Positions 25,963 through 35,644 are shown, counted from the first letter of the stretch. The stretch: DNA of 64,000 nt from Bacteroidales bacterium (GCA_003550725.1 PUKZ01000003.1:31124-95123), one strand, 5' to 3'. Program-made: numbers and translations. Notes: a model not told the origin generated them from the letters alone.

Positions 25963-28221
25963 ATGAGTAAAAAACAGGATAACAAAAAATTAAAAAAGTA
26001 TATAAAGAGATTTTGGATTATATTTTTCACTCCTATTATACTTGTTTTTTTATTATTTTTTTCGATTAATATAGGGCTTTTTGGACCTATGCCTTCATTT
26101 GAAGAACTTGAAAATACCAGAAGCAACCTAGCCAGTGAGGTTTATTCTGCCGATAGTGTTTTGTTGGGTACTTATTACATCGACAACCGTACCAACATCA
26201 ATTACGATGATCTCTCTCCTGAAGTTGTAAATGCGCTATTATCAGCAGAAGACATAAGATTTCATTACCACTCGGGTGTTGATATACGAAGTGTATTCAG
26301 GGTCCTTTTCCGCACAATAATTGCCGGGCAGCAAAGTGCCGGTGGAGGCAGCACAATAAGTCAACAACTTGCCAAAAATCTTTTTCCAAGACAGGAAGAC
26401 CCATCTACATTGCAAATAGGAATTATAAAACTTAAAGAATGGGTTACTGCCATTAAGCTTGAAAGAAATTACACTAAAGAAGAGTTAATAGCCATGTATT
26501 TGAACACTGTGGATTTTGGAAGCCACTCATTTGGAATAAAAGCTGCATCAAATACTTATTTTAACACTACACCCGATTCGCTCCAAACAGAAGAAGCCGC
26601 ATTGCTTATAGGTATGCTAAAGGCACCATCCTGGTATCATCCGGTCAGAAATCCGGACAGGGCGTTTTCAAGAAGAAATGTGGTTTTACGACAAATGGCC
26701 AGATATAATTATATTGAACCTCACGAATATGATTCTTTAAGTACCATTGATATAGATATGTCAAAATTTCAGATACAAGATCAGCATTCAGGGCTGGCAA
26801 CTTATCTGAGAGAATACCTAAGGAGGGAACTTGTTGAATGGAGTAAAAACCGATATAAACCCGACGGCACTCAATATGACATTTATCGTGATGGGCTTAA
26901 GATATATACTACAATAGATTCGCGAAAACAAAAATATGCTGAAGAAGCTGTAAGAGAGCATTTAGGCGAATACCTGCAACCATTATTCTTTGAACACTGG
27001 GAAGGCTTTCCAAATGCGCCTTTTGGATGGGATTTAAGCCCTGCACAAATAGAAAGAAACTACATGCTCTCAATCAGGAGGTCTGACAGATACATTAATA
27101 TGAGGAGGGAAGGAATACCAGAGGATTCCATAATGAAATCATTTGACAAGCCTGTTAACATGAAGGTTTTTTCATGGGATGGTGATATAGACACAGTGAT
27201 GACCCCTATGGACTCCATAAAATATTATAAACATTTTCTCAATGCCGGATTGATGGCTATGGATCCCCATACGGGAAATGTCAGAGCCTATGTTGGAGGA
27301 AATGATTCAAGGTACTTCAAATTTGACCATGTTACTTCTATCAGGAGGCAGGTCGGCTCAACATTCAAACCATTTCTTTATACTTTAGCCATGCAGGAGG
27401 GCGAAAGCCCATGTACCAAAGTACCAAACACACCGGTAACTTTTCGCCTTGAAGATGGTAGTAAATGGACACCAAAAAATGCAACTGATGCCAGGGAAGG
27501 TGAAATGGTAACTCTAAAATGGGGGTTGGCAAACTCAGTTAATACCATCTCCGCTTTCCTGATGAAAAGATATAACCCGCAGGCTGTAATAAATCTCATC
27601 AGAAGAATGGGCATAGAAAGCCATATTGACCCCGTACCGGCTATAGCATTGGGCACGCCTGATCTTTCTGTTTATGAAATGACGGGGGCAATGTCGGCCT
27701 ATGCAAATAAAGGTTTTTATATTGAACCAAACTTTATTACGCATATAACCGATAATAATGACAATCTTATTGAGTCTTTCGTGCCATATCAAAAAGAAGC
27801 CATGAGCGAACAAACTGCATATCTTATGTTAGAACTATTAAAAAATGTCGTAGACGAAGGTACGGGAAGAAGATTGAGACACAGGTATGAATTTGAAAAT
27901 ACTATAGCAGGTAAAACCGGTACAACACAAAGAAACGCTGATGGTTGGTTCGTAGGTATTACACCCGACCTGGTAACAGGTATATGGGTGGGCTGTGAGG
28001 ACAGAGGAGCCCGATTTAGAGAAATGTCACTGGGGCAAGGTGCTAATACTGCTCTGCCTGTTTGGGCAAAATTTATGAAAAAAGTATATGAAGATGATAA
28101 CCTTGATATATCAAAAGATGATTTTGAAAAACCGGCGCAGCCATTATCAGTAGAAATAGATTGTTCTGAATATGAACAAACTGAAGACTTTGATGATGTC
28201 TTTAGCCCCGACATATTTTGA
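25963..28221 (+). CDS. mrcA: Penicillin-binding protein 1A (bifunctional transglycosylase/transpeptidase)
   Basis: 752 aa with an N-terminal TM anchor, the GT51 motifs (SAEDIRFHYHSGVD, GGSTISQQLAKN) and the transpeptidase motifs (STFKP, SVN, KTGTT). Confidence 0.9.
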   Translation: MSKKQDNKKLKKYIKRFWIIFFTPIILVFLLFFSINIGLFGPMPSFEELENTRSNLASEVYSADSVLLGTYYIDNRTNINYDDLSPEVVNALLSAEDIRFHYHSGVDIRSVFRVLFRTIIAGQQSAGGGSTISQQLAKNLFPRQEDPSTLQIGIIKLKEWVTAIKLERNYTKEELIAMYLNTVDFGSHSFGIKAASNTYFNTTPDSLQTEEAALLIGMLKAPSWYHPVRNPDRAFSRRNVVLRQMARYNYIEPHEYDSLSTIDIDMSKFQIQDQHSGLATYLREYLRRELVEWSKNRYKPDGTQYDIYRDGLKIYTTIDSRKQKYAEEAVREHLGEYLQPLFFEHWEGFPNAPFGWDLSPAQIERNYMLSIRRSDRYINMRREGIPEDSIMKSFDKPVNMKVFSWDGDIDTVMTPMDSIKYYKHFLNAGLMAMDPHTGNVRAYVGGNDSRYFKFDHVTSIRRQVGSTFKPFLYTLAMQEGESPCTKVPNTPVTFRLEDGSKWTPKNATDAREGEMVTLKWGLANSVNTISAFLMKRYNPQAVINLIRRMGIESHIDPVPAIALGTPDLSVYEMTGAMSAYANKGFYIEPNFITHITDNNDNLIESFVPYQKEAMSEQTAYLMLELLKNVVDEGTGRRLRHRYEFENTIAGKTGTTQRNADGWFVGITPDLVTGIWVGCEDRGARFREMSLGQGANTALPVWAKFMKKVYEDDNLDISKDDFEKPAQPLSVEIDCSEYEQTEDFDDVFSPDIF

Positions 28222-28456
28222 TAGTAAAAATTAAATCTATGACAGGAAAGCAGATAAATTTACTTATCTTTAAATACCTCTGTTAATTATCTACACTTCG
28301 CTGAAAAAAATAACTTTTTTAAAAATGTGAAAATAATAATAAAAAATAATTATTTTTGCGCCCTGAAATTTTGATCTGTTTGGGATTCAAGGCATCTTCT
28401 TCTAAACTTATCGAATTTTATTTGTTGATAAATTTGTTGAAATAAAATAATAATTT

Positions 28457-28464
28457 TACCTTTG
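28457..28464 (+). promoter_or_regulatory. Candidate -7 promoter box for rplM-rpsI-rpsB-tsf
   Basis: TACCTTTG lies 77 nt upstream of the rplM ATG. A second match, TATTTTTG, is at 28351-28358. Confidence 0.4.
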
Positions 28465-28541
28465 CAGCCTTATTTTAATATGGTTTATGCAATAATATTA
28501 ATATTTATTTGATTTTGAAAAAGGATAAAAATAAGTAAATA

Positions 28542-28997
28542 ATGGATACAACGAGTTATAAAACAATTTCTGCAAACAAAAACACGGTTAATAAAGAATG
28601 GTTATTAGTAGATGCAGAAAATGAGGTACTTGGCCGTTTAGCCTCCAAAGTAGCAAAAATTTTAAGGGGCAAGCACAAGCCTGATTTCACTCCTCATGTT
28701 GATTGCGGTGATAATGTAATTATTATCAACTCTGATAAAATCAACCTTACAGGCAAGAAATTTTTCCAAAAAGAATATGTTCGTCATACGGGTTATCCCG
28801 GCGGGCAAAGATTTAAATCAGTAGAAAATATGATGTCTAAAAAGCCAACTTTTGTTGTGGAAAAAGCTATAAAAGGAATGTTGCCCAAAAACAAGCTTGG
28901 CAATAAGTTGTTTAATAATTTGCATGTTTATGCTGACAATAATCATCCCCACGAAGCGCAAAAACCAAAAAAAATCAACATTAATTCAATAAAGTAA
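28542..28997 (+). CDS. rplM: 50S ribosomal protein L13
   Basis: 151 aa with WLLVDAENEVLGRLAS..ILRGKHKPDFTPHVDCGD and HTGYPGG. Confidence 0.95.
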   Translation: MDTTSYKTISANKNTVNKEWLLVDAENEVLGRLASKVAKILRGKHKPDFTPHVDCGDNVIIINSDKINLTGKKFFQKEYVRHTGYPGGQRFKSVENMMSKKPTFVVEKAIKGMLPKNKLGNKLFNNLHVYADNNHPHEAQKPKKININSIK

Positions 28998-28999
28998 TT

Positions 29000-29386
29000 A
29001 TGGATATTATAAACACTATAGGCAGGAGAAAAACTGCCGTTGCACGTATTTATCTTCAGCCGGGTAACGGAAGTATTAATGTAAACGGCAAAGATTATAA
29101 AGAATACTTTCCGGTAGAAACACTCCGCTATGTGGTTACTCAACCTTTAGACTTAACCAATAATTTAGATAAATTTGAAATAAAGGCTAATCTTAAAGGC
29201 GGAGGTATCAAGGGTCAGGCTGAAGCTATAAGGCTTGCTATTGCAAGAGCTTTAGCCAAATCAAACAATGAATTAAGGCCAACACTTAAAGAAAAGGGAT
29301 TGCTTAGCCGTGATCCAAGGATGGTTGAAAGGAAAAAACCGGGACTAAGAAAAGCAAGAAAAAGAGATCAGTTTAGTAAGCGATAA
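29000..29386 (+). CDS. rpsI: 30S ribosomal protein S9
   Basis: 128 aa with GRRKTAVARIYL, GGGIKGQAEAIRLAIARAL and a C-terminal RKKPGLRKARKRDQFSKR. Confidence 0.95.
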   Translation: MDIINTIGRRKTAVARIYLQPGNGSINVNGKDYKEYFPVETLRYVVTQPLDLTNNLDKFEIKANLKGGGIKGQAEAIRLAIARALAKSNNELRPTLKEKGLLSRDPRMVERKKPGLRKARKRDQFSKR

Positions 29387-29422
29387 ATTTTATTATAGTA
29401 CAGGAAATTATATAAAAATAAT

Positions 29423-30349
29423 ATTGCAAGAACAAACTATAAAGAATTATTAGATGCAGGAGTACATTTCGGACATATGAGAAGAAAATGGAATCCTAAT
29501 ATGGCTCCATATATTTTTATGGAGCGCAACAGTATTCATATCATTGATCTGAATAAAACCATTGCAAAAATTGACGAGGCAGCTGCAGCTTTGAAACAAA
29601 TTGCCAAATCAGGCAAAAAAATCCTTTTTGTTGCTACTAAAAAACAAGCTAAAGATGCAGTCGAACAACTTGTTAAGCCAATAAACATGCCCTATATTAC
29701 TGAAAGATGGCCGGGGGGTATGTTAACCAACTTTGCTACTATTCGCAGGGCGATAAAAAAGATGGATGCTATTGATAAAATGGCAACCGATGGTACTTTT
29801 GACAATATGTCAAAAAAAGAAAAACTTCAAATAACGCGTCAAAGGGCAAAATTAGAAAAGTTGCTTGGTAGTATAGCAGATCTTAACCGATTACCTGCAG
29901 CCCTTTTTGTTGTTGATATAACGAAAGAACACATTGCAGTGGCTGAAGCAAAAAAACTCAATATACCTACTTTTGCTATTGTTGATACAAATTCTAATCC
30001 AAATAATGTCGACTTCCCTATTCCTGCTAACGATGACGCAACAAAGTCTATTCATGTTATAGTCAAAAAAATTGTTGAAGCTATCCAGGAGGGTATGGAA
30101 GAAAGAAAATATGAAAAGGATAAGTCAACAGAAGAAGATGATTCTAAAAAAACTGAAGAAAATAAAAAAACAATAGAAGAAAAAGATGATAGTATTGAGG
30201 AAACTGTTGATGAAGGACAGGAGATTGAAATAAAAAAAGCAAAAGCCGGCAGAAAAGCTTTAAAAGAAGATGAAATTTCTCACGATAATAAGGATAAAAA
30301 AGGCCTTAAAAGTCCGCGCGGATCTGCAAAAAAGAAATACAATAAATAA
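29423..30349 (+). CDS. rpsB: 30S ribosomal protein S2, with an apparent ATT initiation codon
   Basis: The track ORF starts at ATG 29477 (MRRKWNPNMAPYIF...). The same frame upstream reads (ATT)ARTNYKELLDAGVHFGH, the universally conserved S2 N-terminus. An in-frame TAG lies at 29396-29398, and there is no ATG/GTG/TTG between it and 29477. The protein has a KE-rich C-terminal extension. Confidence 0.85.
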   Translation: MARTNYKELLDAGVHFGHMRRKWNPNMAPYIFMERNSIHIIDLNKTIAKIDEAAAALKQIAKSGKKILFVATKKQAKDAVEQLVKPINMPYITERWPGGMLTNFATIRRAIKKMDAIDKMATDGTFDNMSKKEKLQITRQRAKLEKLLGSIADLNRLPAALFVVDITKEHIAVAEAKKLNIPTFAIVDTNSNPNNVDFPIPANDDATKSIHVIVKKIVEAIQEGMEERKYEKDKSTEEDDSKKTEENKKTIEEKDDSIEETVDEGQEIEIKKAKAGRKALKEDEISHDNKDKKGLKSPRGSAKKKYNK

Positions 30350-30399
30350 TATAAATTAAGTTATAATTTTCATAATCAAAAAAATAAGATACCTAAGAA

Positions 30400-31236
30400 A
30401 TGACAAAGATAACTGCTGCAGAAGTTAACAAACTTCGCCAATCAACCGGAGCCGGGATGATGGATTGCAAAAAAGCTTTGACAGAAGCAAACGGTGATTT
30501 CGACACTGCTGTTGAAGTATTACGCAAAAAAGGTCAAAAAGTAGCTAACAAGAGAGCTGATCGCCAGGCCAACGAAGGAGTTGTGCTGGCAAAAATTAAT
30601 AATGATGCAACCAGTGCTGCTATAATAATGTTAAACAGTGAAACCGACTTTGTTGCCAAAAACGAAGAGGTTGTGTCGTTGGCCCAAGAGATAATCAAAA
30701 CGGCTGTAGAAAAAGAACCCGGCACACTTGAAGAACTAAAACAAACCACAATTAACGGGCGAACAATAGAAGAAAAGATAACCGACATGATAGGTAAAAC
30801 GGGCGAAAAACTTATTCTTAGTTGCTACGAAAAAGTAAAAGGAACAAAAGCTTTTGCATATACTCATTCAAATAACAGAGTAGCATCAATAGCAACTCTT
30901 AACAAGGAAAATGTCAGTAATATAGATCAGGTCGGAAAAGATATTGTAATGCAAATCGCTGCTATGTCACCTGTTGCAATAGATAAAGACGATGTACCCC
31001 AGGAAATTATTGACAGGGAAATAGAAATAGGAAAGGATCAGGCACGACAGGAAGGCAAACCCGAAGAATTGCTTGAAAAAATAGCAATGGGTAAAGTAAA
31101 CAAATTCTATAAAGAATCTACTTTGCTTAACCAGGAATTCATTAAAGACAGCAAAAAATCCGTCAGGCAAATGCTTACCGAAGCTGATAAGGATCTTACA
31201 GTTACGGAGTTTAAAAGACTGGCGCTTGGAGAGTAA
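30400..31236 (+). CDS. tsf: Translation elongation factor Ts
   Basis: 278 aa. The N-terminal UBA-like sequence is ITAAEVNKLRQSTGAGMMDCKKALTEANGDFDTAVEVLRKKG. Confidence 0.95.
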   Translation: MTKITAAEVNKLRQSTGAGMMDCKKALTEANGDFDTAVEVLRKKGQKVANKRADRQANEGVVLAKINNDATSAAIIMLNSETDFVAKNEEVVSLAQEIIKTAVEKEPGTLEELKQTTINGRTIEEKITDMIGKTGEKLILSCYEKVKGTKAFAYTHSNNRVASIATLNKENVSNIDQVGKDIVMQIAAMSPVAIDKDDVPQEIIDREIEIGKDQARQEGKPEELLEKIAMGKVNKFYKESTLLNQEFIKDSKKSVRQMLTEADKDLTVTEFKRLALGE

Positions 31237-31261
31237 ATAAACATAAAAAATAACACATCAC

Positions 31262-31299
31262 AAAAAAAAGCTGTTACCCCTTAAGTAACAGCTTTTTTT
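31262..31299. terminator. Bidirectional rho-independent terminator between tsf (+) and a T9SS cargo gene (-)
   Basis: A perfect 10-bp stem AAGCTGTTAC/GTAACAGCTT (31268-31277 with 31285-31294) has loop CCCTTAA. It is flanked by an A-run on the 5' side and a T-run on the 3' side. Confidence 0.8.
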
Positions 31300-31349
31300 A
31301 CTATGAACCAAAATATCTTACATATAATCAAAAAATGAATTATAAAAAA

Positions 31350-32096
31350 CTATTTGCTTATTATAAGTTTTTTGGTACTTACCACCGTGTTGTCAATTAC
31401 AAGCGAATATAGGTATATACCATCCTGAAAAGATGATGTATTAAGCCTGTAATAATCGCTAAAGAGATCAAGGGTTATTTTTTTTACCAACAAACCATTT
31501 ATGTTGTTTATAACTATTGAGGCATTACTTGCACCATCGGGTAAATTATAAGAAATATGAGTAAAATCAGTGGCAGGATTGGGTGCAGGGCCAGACAGAT
31601 GATACACCGGGGCTTTTGGAAGCTCAACGCTGGAAGTAGATTCTGTATCAAAAACTATTGTCACATTGACCGCTTCAAAAGAATCATCCTCTTCGCTAAA
31701 AAATTCATAATTTATGATGCTTATACCAGAATTTCCATTTGGAATATACTCGGCATAAAAATCATCATCTGCCGAAGTTTCGCCCGGCCCCAATATTATC
31801 GGCTCAGTAGCTTCATAAACATCAGGGGGAAAACAAAGCCCATTCCAACAAAAAGTATTCATTGTGCCAGGCAGGATTTCTATTTCTTCTTTTCTTACAA
31901 GTACCTCAACATCTTCACCTGTATTGTTATGAAAAAAAACTTCACCTTTTATGATACTTTCATCCGGCGAACCTCTTACATGCAGCGTATCACCTGTAAT
32001 TTCATTATCTTCCGAATCAAGTAATATCAATCCTTCCCCCAAAGAAATTGAAGGTATAACAAAAAAACTTAAAATAAAATATACTAATTTGTTCAT
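31350..32096 (-). CDS. Secreted protein with a T9SS type A C-terminal sorting domain; N-terminal domain unknown
   Basis: 248 aa with a signal peptide. The C-terminal ~80 aa (PNPATDFTHISYNLPDG...GIYLYSLVIDNTVVSTKKLIISK) match the Por/T9SS CTD pattern. It contains FCWNGLCFPP. Confidence 0.7.
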   Translation of the reverse strand: MNKLVYFILSFFVIPSISLGEGLILLDSEDNEITGDTLHVRGSPDESIIKGEVFFHNNTGEDVEVLVRKEEIEILPGTMNTFCWNGLCFPPDVYEATEPIILGPGETSADDDFYAEYIPNGNSGISIINYEFFSEEDDSFEAVNVTIVFDTESTSSVELPKAPVYHLSGPAPNPATDFTHISYNLPDGASNASIVINNINGLLVKKITLDLFSDYYRLNTSSFQDGIYLYSLVIDNTVVSTKKLIISK

Positions 32097-32212
32097 AAAT
32101 GAAAAAATATTTAAAAATTATATAACGCTTGTAAACTATTCTTTTAGGATAGTTTTTAATAATCCCATAAAAACCTTAAATAATAATCCCGGAGCAACCG
32201 GGATTATTATCT

Positions 32213-34096
32213 TTAACGAGCCACTTGCACTCGCTTGGTTATGATACTTTCTTTGGTATGTATTTGAACAAAGTAAATACCCTGATGCAAATTACTAACA
32301 TTGATTTCTGAGCTTAATGCATCAACTGAAATCTCTTTTACCATTTGTCCGCTGACATTTATCAGCCTGATTTGTTTTATCAATTCATTTGATTCAACTG
32401 TAAGCCGGTTGCGTGCGGGATTGGGAAATATTACCATATCAATGGCATCATGTTTTTCAACAGAAGTAACATCATTAAAGTTAGCAACAATTTCAACATC
32501 ACCGGCCGGCATAGTTACAGTAGCTGTTTCCGATTCTGGGTCATCAATATGCTCTGTATCGCCCGACCAGTTTACAAACTCATAGTTTTCATTTGCTTCT
32601 GCAGAAATTGTCACTTCTTCACCAAAATAATATTCACCTTCACCGTCAACACTACCACCTTCTTCTGGGTCTGCTGAAATATTAAGACTATATAATATCG
32701 GTTCCATTATTACATTAACAGTTATATCATCATCAACATCAACACTTCCTTCATAATCAAGATGATATTCTGCTTCTACAAGGTAATCATATTCTCCGGG
32801 GATAACTATAAACTCGTAGTCGCCCGCTTGGTTAGTCATATCACCTAAAGTAATGACGGCATTATCGATTACGTAGCCATATTCATTTTCCACCTCGAAA
32901 GTAACTGTATACTCTTCGCCGGATTCAAGTTCAATTTCTACTGTTGTATCTTCAGTTATTTCAATATCTCCTGATTGAGTAAGATAATCTTCTAATGAAA
33001 CGCTCCATTCATAAGTACCTTCAAATACTTCATCAAAAACTATTATACCGTCTTCATCGGTTTCGCCTTCGTGGTCACCCAGTTCAACCCAGGCTCCTTC
33101 AAGGGGATCTTCGGTTGTTTCGCAAGTCACGATAAAAGTAACTTCATAAGCCTCTTCAAGCACTATATTTATTGTCATATCATCATCAACAGTAACTTCA
33201 TCTACAACGGTTTTATATCCGTCTTTTTCTACCTTATATTGATAATCACCCCCCGGTATATTGTTGAAAGAATAATCACCCGGACTGTTTTTAAAAACAT
33301 CGAATGTTACAATTGCATCAGTTATTTCATTACCATCATCGTCAAAAACATCAAAAGTGACTTCATGAAAGTCGGCCTGAAGATGAACGATATTAGCCTG
33401 AAATATTTCTTTGGAAGGTACATCCTGAACAAAAGCTATCACACTCATATTCTCTTCCTCCCAGTTTTGATCCAGGGTAAAACTTAAATCAACCACTTCA
33501 ACATCATTTGATGAAAAGTCGAGTGAAGTACCAAACTGATCAGGCGCCATAAGACGAAGCGCATCTTTCACATAGTTCTGGTTTTGCCAGTTATAAGGGA
33601 TATCTGTTTCAGTAACAGCAAAATGTAAAACAAGGTCATCAGCATCATAATCGTCTGAAACTTCTGTTATCTCAATACTTGCATCCCAGTCTAAACCTCC
33701 TGTGTTTTCAAAATAAATAGCAACAGTAAATGGAGAAGGAACATCAATTCTTTGATTATAGTAATTTAAATATACCGGATAAAGACTTTGGTTTGTACTT
33801 CCTCCCGCATGTTCCAGAATACCATCAATACGGGTATTAGGATAACCGGAAACCCCATAATAGCTGTTCCTGGCATTGGAATACACATTAGCAAAAGCAT
33901 CTCCATTATGATTTTTAATGATTGCTACTTCATGGCCATTTTCTATCAAATCATCGGCTCCCATTGCAGCACCAACACAAAACGGACACCAGGTCCCGGT
34001 TCCTATTTCAAAAACGACTTTTTGCCTTGAAACAGGCTCACCATAGGCTGTTAAGCCAAAAAAAATCACAATTAAACTAAGTATCGCTTTTTTCAT
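32213..34096 (-). CDS. T9SS cargo: an N-terminal WCxxC thioredoxin-like (Omp28-related-like) domain, three beta-sandwich repeats, a Listeria-Bacteroides-type repeat and a T9SS CTD
   Basis: 627 aa with a signal peptide, EIGTGTWCPFCVGAAMGADDL, and three CarboxypepD_reg-like ~70-aa repeats (e.g. HEVTFDVFDDDGNEITDAIVTFD...GGDYQYKVEKDGY). Further along are EGGSVDGEGEYYFGEEVTISAEANENYEFVNWSGD and the CTD FPNPARNRLTVESN...GIYFVQIHTKESIITKRVQVAR. The protein is strongly acidic. Confidence 0.7.
   Translation of the reverse strand: MKKAILSLIVIFFGLTAYGEPVSRQKVVFEIGTGTWCPFCVGAAMGADDLIENGHEVAIIKNHNGDAFANVYSNARNSYYGVSGYPNTRIDGILEHAGGSTNQSLYPVYLNYYNQRIDVPSPFTVAIYFENTGGLDWDASIEITEVSDDYDADDLVLHFAVTETDIPYNWQNQNYVKDALRLMAPDQFGTSLDFSSNDVEVVDLSFTLDQNWEEENMSVIAFVQDVPSKEIFQANIVHLQADFHEVTFDVFDDDGNEITDAIVTFDVFKNSPGDYSFNNIPGGDYQYKVEKDGYKTVVDEVTVDDDMTINIVLEEAYEVTFIVTCETTEDPLEGAWVELGDHEGETDEDGIIVFDEVFEGTYEWSVSLEDYLTQSGDIEITEDTTVEIELESGEEYTVTFEVENEYGYVIDNAVITLGDMTNQAGDYEFIVIPGEYDYLVEAEYHLDYEGSVDVDDDITVNVIMEPILYSLNISADPEEGGSVDGEGEYYFGEEVTISAEANENYEFVNWSGDTEHIDDPESETATVTMPAGDVEIVANFNDVTSVEKHDAIDMVIFPNPARNRLTVESNELIKQIRLINVSGQMVKEISVDALSSEINVSNLHQGIYFVQIHTKESIITKRVQVAR
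32298..32676. repeat. Duplicated block R1, copy a (partner 34261-34639)
   Basis: My hand alignment is collinear with no indels (constant offset 1963), with roughly 25 mismatches over ~379 nt. The block covers the Listeria-Bacteroides repeat and most of the CTD. Confidence 0.85.
33209..33752. repeat. Duplicated block R2, copy a (partner 34722-35264)
   Basis: The hand alignment is collinear at constant offset 1513, with about nine in ten bases identical by eye. It covers the first beta-sandwich repeat and the distal half of the N-terminal domain. Identity falls off sharply beyond 33752/35264. Confidence 0.85.
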
Positions 34097-34175
34097 AAGT
34101 TTAGGTTTTAAATTAATAATTAGATGTTAGTAAATATATTTTAATTTCCATGTTATAACAAAAACAAAATTATGT

Positions 34176-35624
34176 TTAGTTTACTATCTGAATAATTTCG
34201 TTTATTATACTTTCTTTAGTAAATATTTGCATGATGTAAGCCCCGTTTTTTAAGTTACTCACATTGATTTCTGAGCTTGAAGCATCAACTGAAATCTCCT
34301 TTACCATTTGTCCGCTGGCATTTATAAGCCTTATTTGTTTTATCAATTCATTTGATTCAACTGTAAGCTTGTTGCGTGCGGGATTGGGAAATATTACCAT
34401 ATCAATGGCATCATGTTTTTCAACATAAGTAACATCATTAAAGTTAGCAACGATCTCAACATCACCGGCCGGCATGGTTACAGTTGCTGTTTCCGATTCA
34501 GGATCATCAATATGCTCTGTATTACCTGACCAGTTTACAAACTCATAGTTTTCATTTGCTTCTGCAGAAATTGTCACTTCTTCACCAAAATAATATTCAC
34601 CTTCGCCGTAAACACTTCCTCCTTCTTCAGGGTATGCTGATAAACCAAGGCTAAAGAATTCCAACTCTTCCATAACAACCTCCAAAGTAACTTCATCATC
34701 AACAACAACCTCATCTTCAATGGTTTTATACCCGTCTTTTTCTACCTTATATTGATAATTACCCCCTGGTATATTGTTGAAGGAATAATCACCCGGATTG
34801 TTTTTAAAAACATCGAATGTTACAATTGCATCAATTATTTCATTACCATCATTGTCAAAAACATCAAAAGTGACAGTATGGAAGTCGGCCTGAAGATGAA
34901 CAATATTAGCCTGAAATATTTCTTTGGTTTGTTTATCCTGAACAAAAGCTATCACACTCATATTCTCTTGCTTCCAGTCTTCATCCAGGGTAAAACTTAA
35001 ATCAACCACTTCTATATCATTTGATGAAAAGTCGAGAGAAGTACCAAACTGATCTGGTGCCATGATGCGAAGCACATCTTTCACATGCGTTTGATTAAAC
35101 CAGTTATGAGGAATATCAGTTTCAGTAACGGCAAAATGTAAAACAAGGTCATCAGCATCATAGTCGTCTGAAACTTCTGTTATCTCAATACTTGCATCCC
35201 AGTTTAAGTCTCCCGTGTTTTCAAAATAAATGGCAACAGTATGTGGAGAGGGAATGTCAATTCTCTTATCGTAATATTGCTTATAGGCCACATATAAACT
35301 GCTGTCCGGACTTCCCGAAGAATGTGTAAGCACGCCATCAAACTTAGCTGTTGGATAGCCCAAAATTCCATAATAATCTATACGGTGTGTATGGTAAGCA
35401 TTAGTAAATTCATCGTTAAAGTGATATTTTAAAACAGCCACATTATGCTGGTTTTCGATCAAATCTGCAGCTCCCATTGCAGCACCCGGACAGTTGTAAC
35501 ACCATACATCGGTAACTATTTCTACAACCACATTTTGACGTGGTATACCCCTACCATAAAGAGAATTAAGCCCAAGTAAAATCAAAATAAAAAAAAATAT
35601 TCCTTTTTTCCTAATTATTAACAT
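34176..35624 (-). CDS. T9SS cargo, shorter tandem paralog of 32213-34096 (WCxxC domain, one beta-sandwich repeat, Listeria-Bacteroides-type repeat, CTD)
   Basis: 482 aa with EIVTDVWCYNCPGAAMGAADL. Large blocks are nearly identical to the neighbouring gene at both the protein and DNA level. The CTD is FPNPARNKLTVESN...GAYIMQIFTKESIINEIIQIVN. Confidence 0.7.
   Translation of the reverse strand: MLIIRKKGIFFFILILLGLNSLYGRGIPRQNVVVEIVTDVWCYNCPGAAMGAADLIENQHNVAVLKYHFNDEFTNAYHTHRIDYYGILGYPTAKFDGVLTHSSGSPDSSLYVAYKQYYDKRIDIPSPHTVAIYFENTGDLNWDASIEITEVSDDYDADDLVLHFAVTETDIPHNWFNQTHVKDVLRIMAPDQFGTSLDFSSNDIEVVDLSFTLDEDWKQENMSVIAFVQDKQTKEIFQANIVHLQADFHTVTFDVFDNDGNEIIDAIVTFDVFKNNPGDYSFNNIPGGNYQYKVEKDGYKTIEDEVVVDDEVTLEVVMEELEFFSLGLSAYPEEGGSVYGEGEYYFGEEVTISAEANENYEFVNWSGNTEHIDDPESETATVTMPAGDVEIVANFNDVTYVEKHDAIDMVIFPNPARNKLTVESNELIKQIRLINASGQMVKEISVDASSSEINVSNLKNGAYIMQIFTKESIINEIIQIVN
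34261..34639. repeat. Duplicated block R1, copy b (partner 32298-32676)
   Basis: See copy a. Confidence 0.85.
34722..35264. repeat. Duplicated block R2, copy b (partner 33209-33752)
   Basis: See copy a. Confidence 0.85.
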
Positions 35625-35644
35625 GTATTCTATCGTAATATCTA

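Noticed and set aside
27789-28214. A 141-aa ORF on the minus strand, along with other antisense ORFs inside the PBP1A gene.
   Set aside because: These are antisense to a gene with clear GT51 and transpeptidase motifs, and they carry no motifs of their own.
29477-29479. ATG 29477 as the rpsB start, as in the ORF track.
   Set aside because: It would remove the conserved ARTNYKELLDAGVHFGH N-terminus, which is encoded in frame just upstream.
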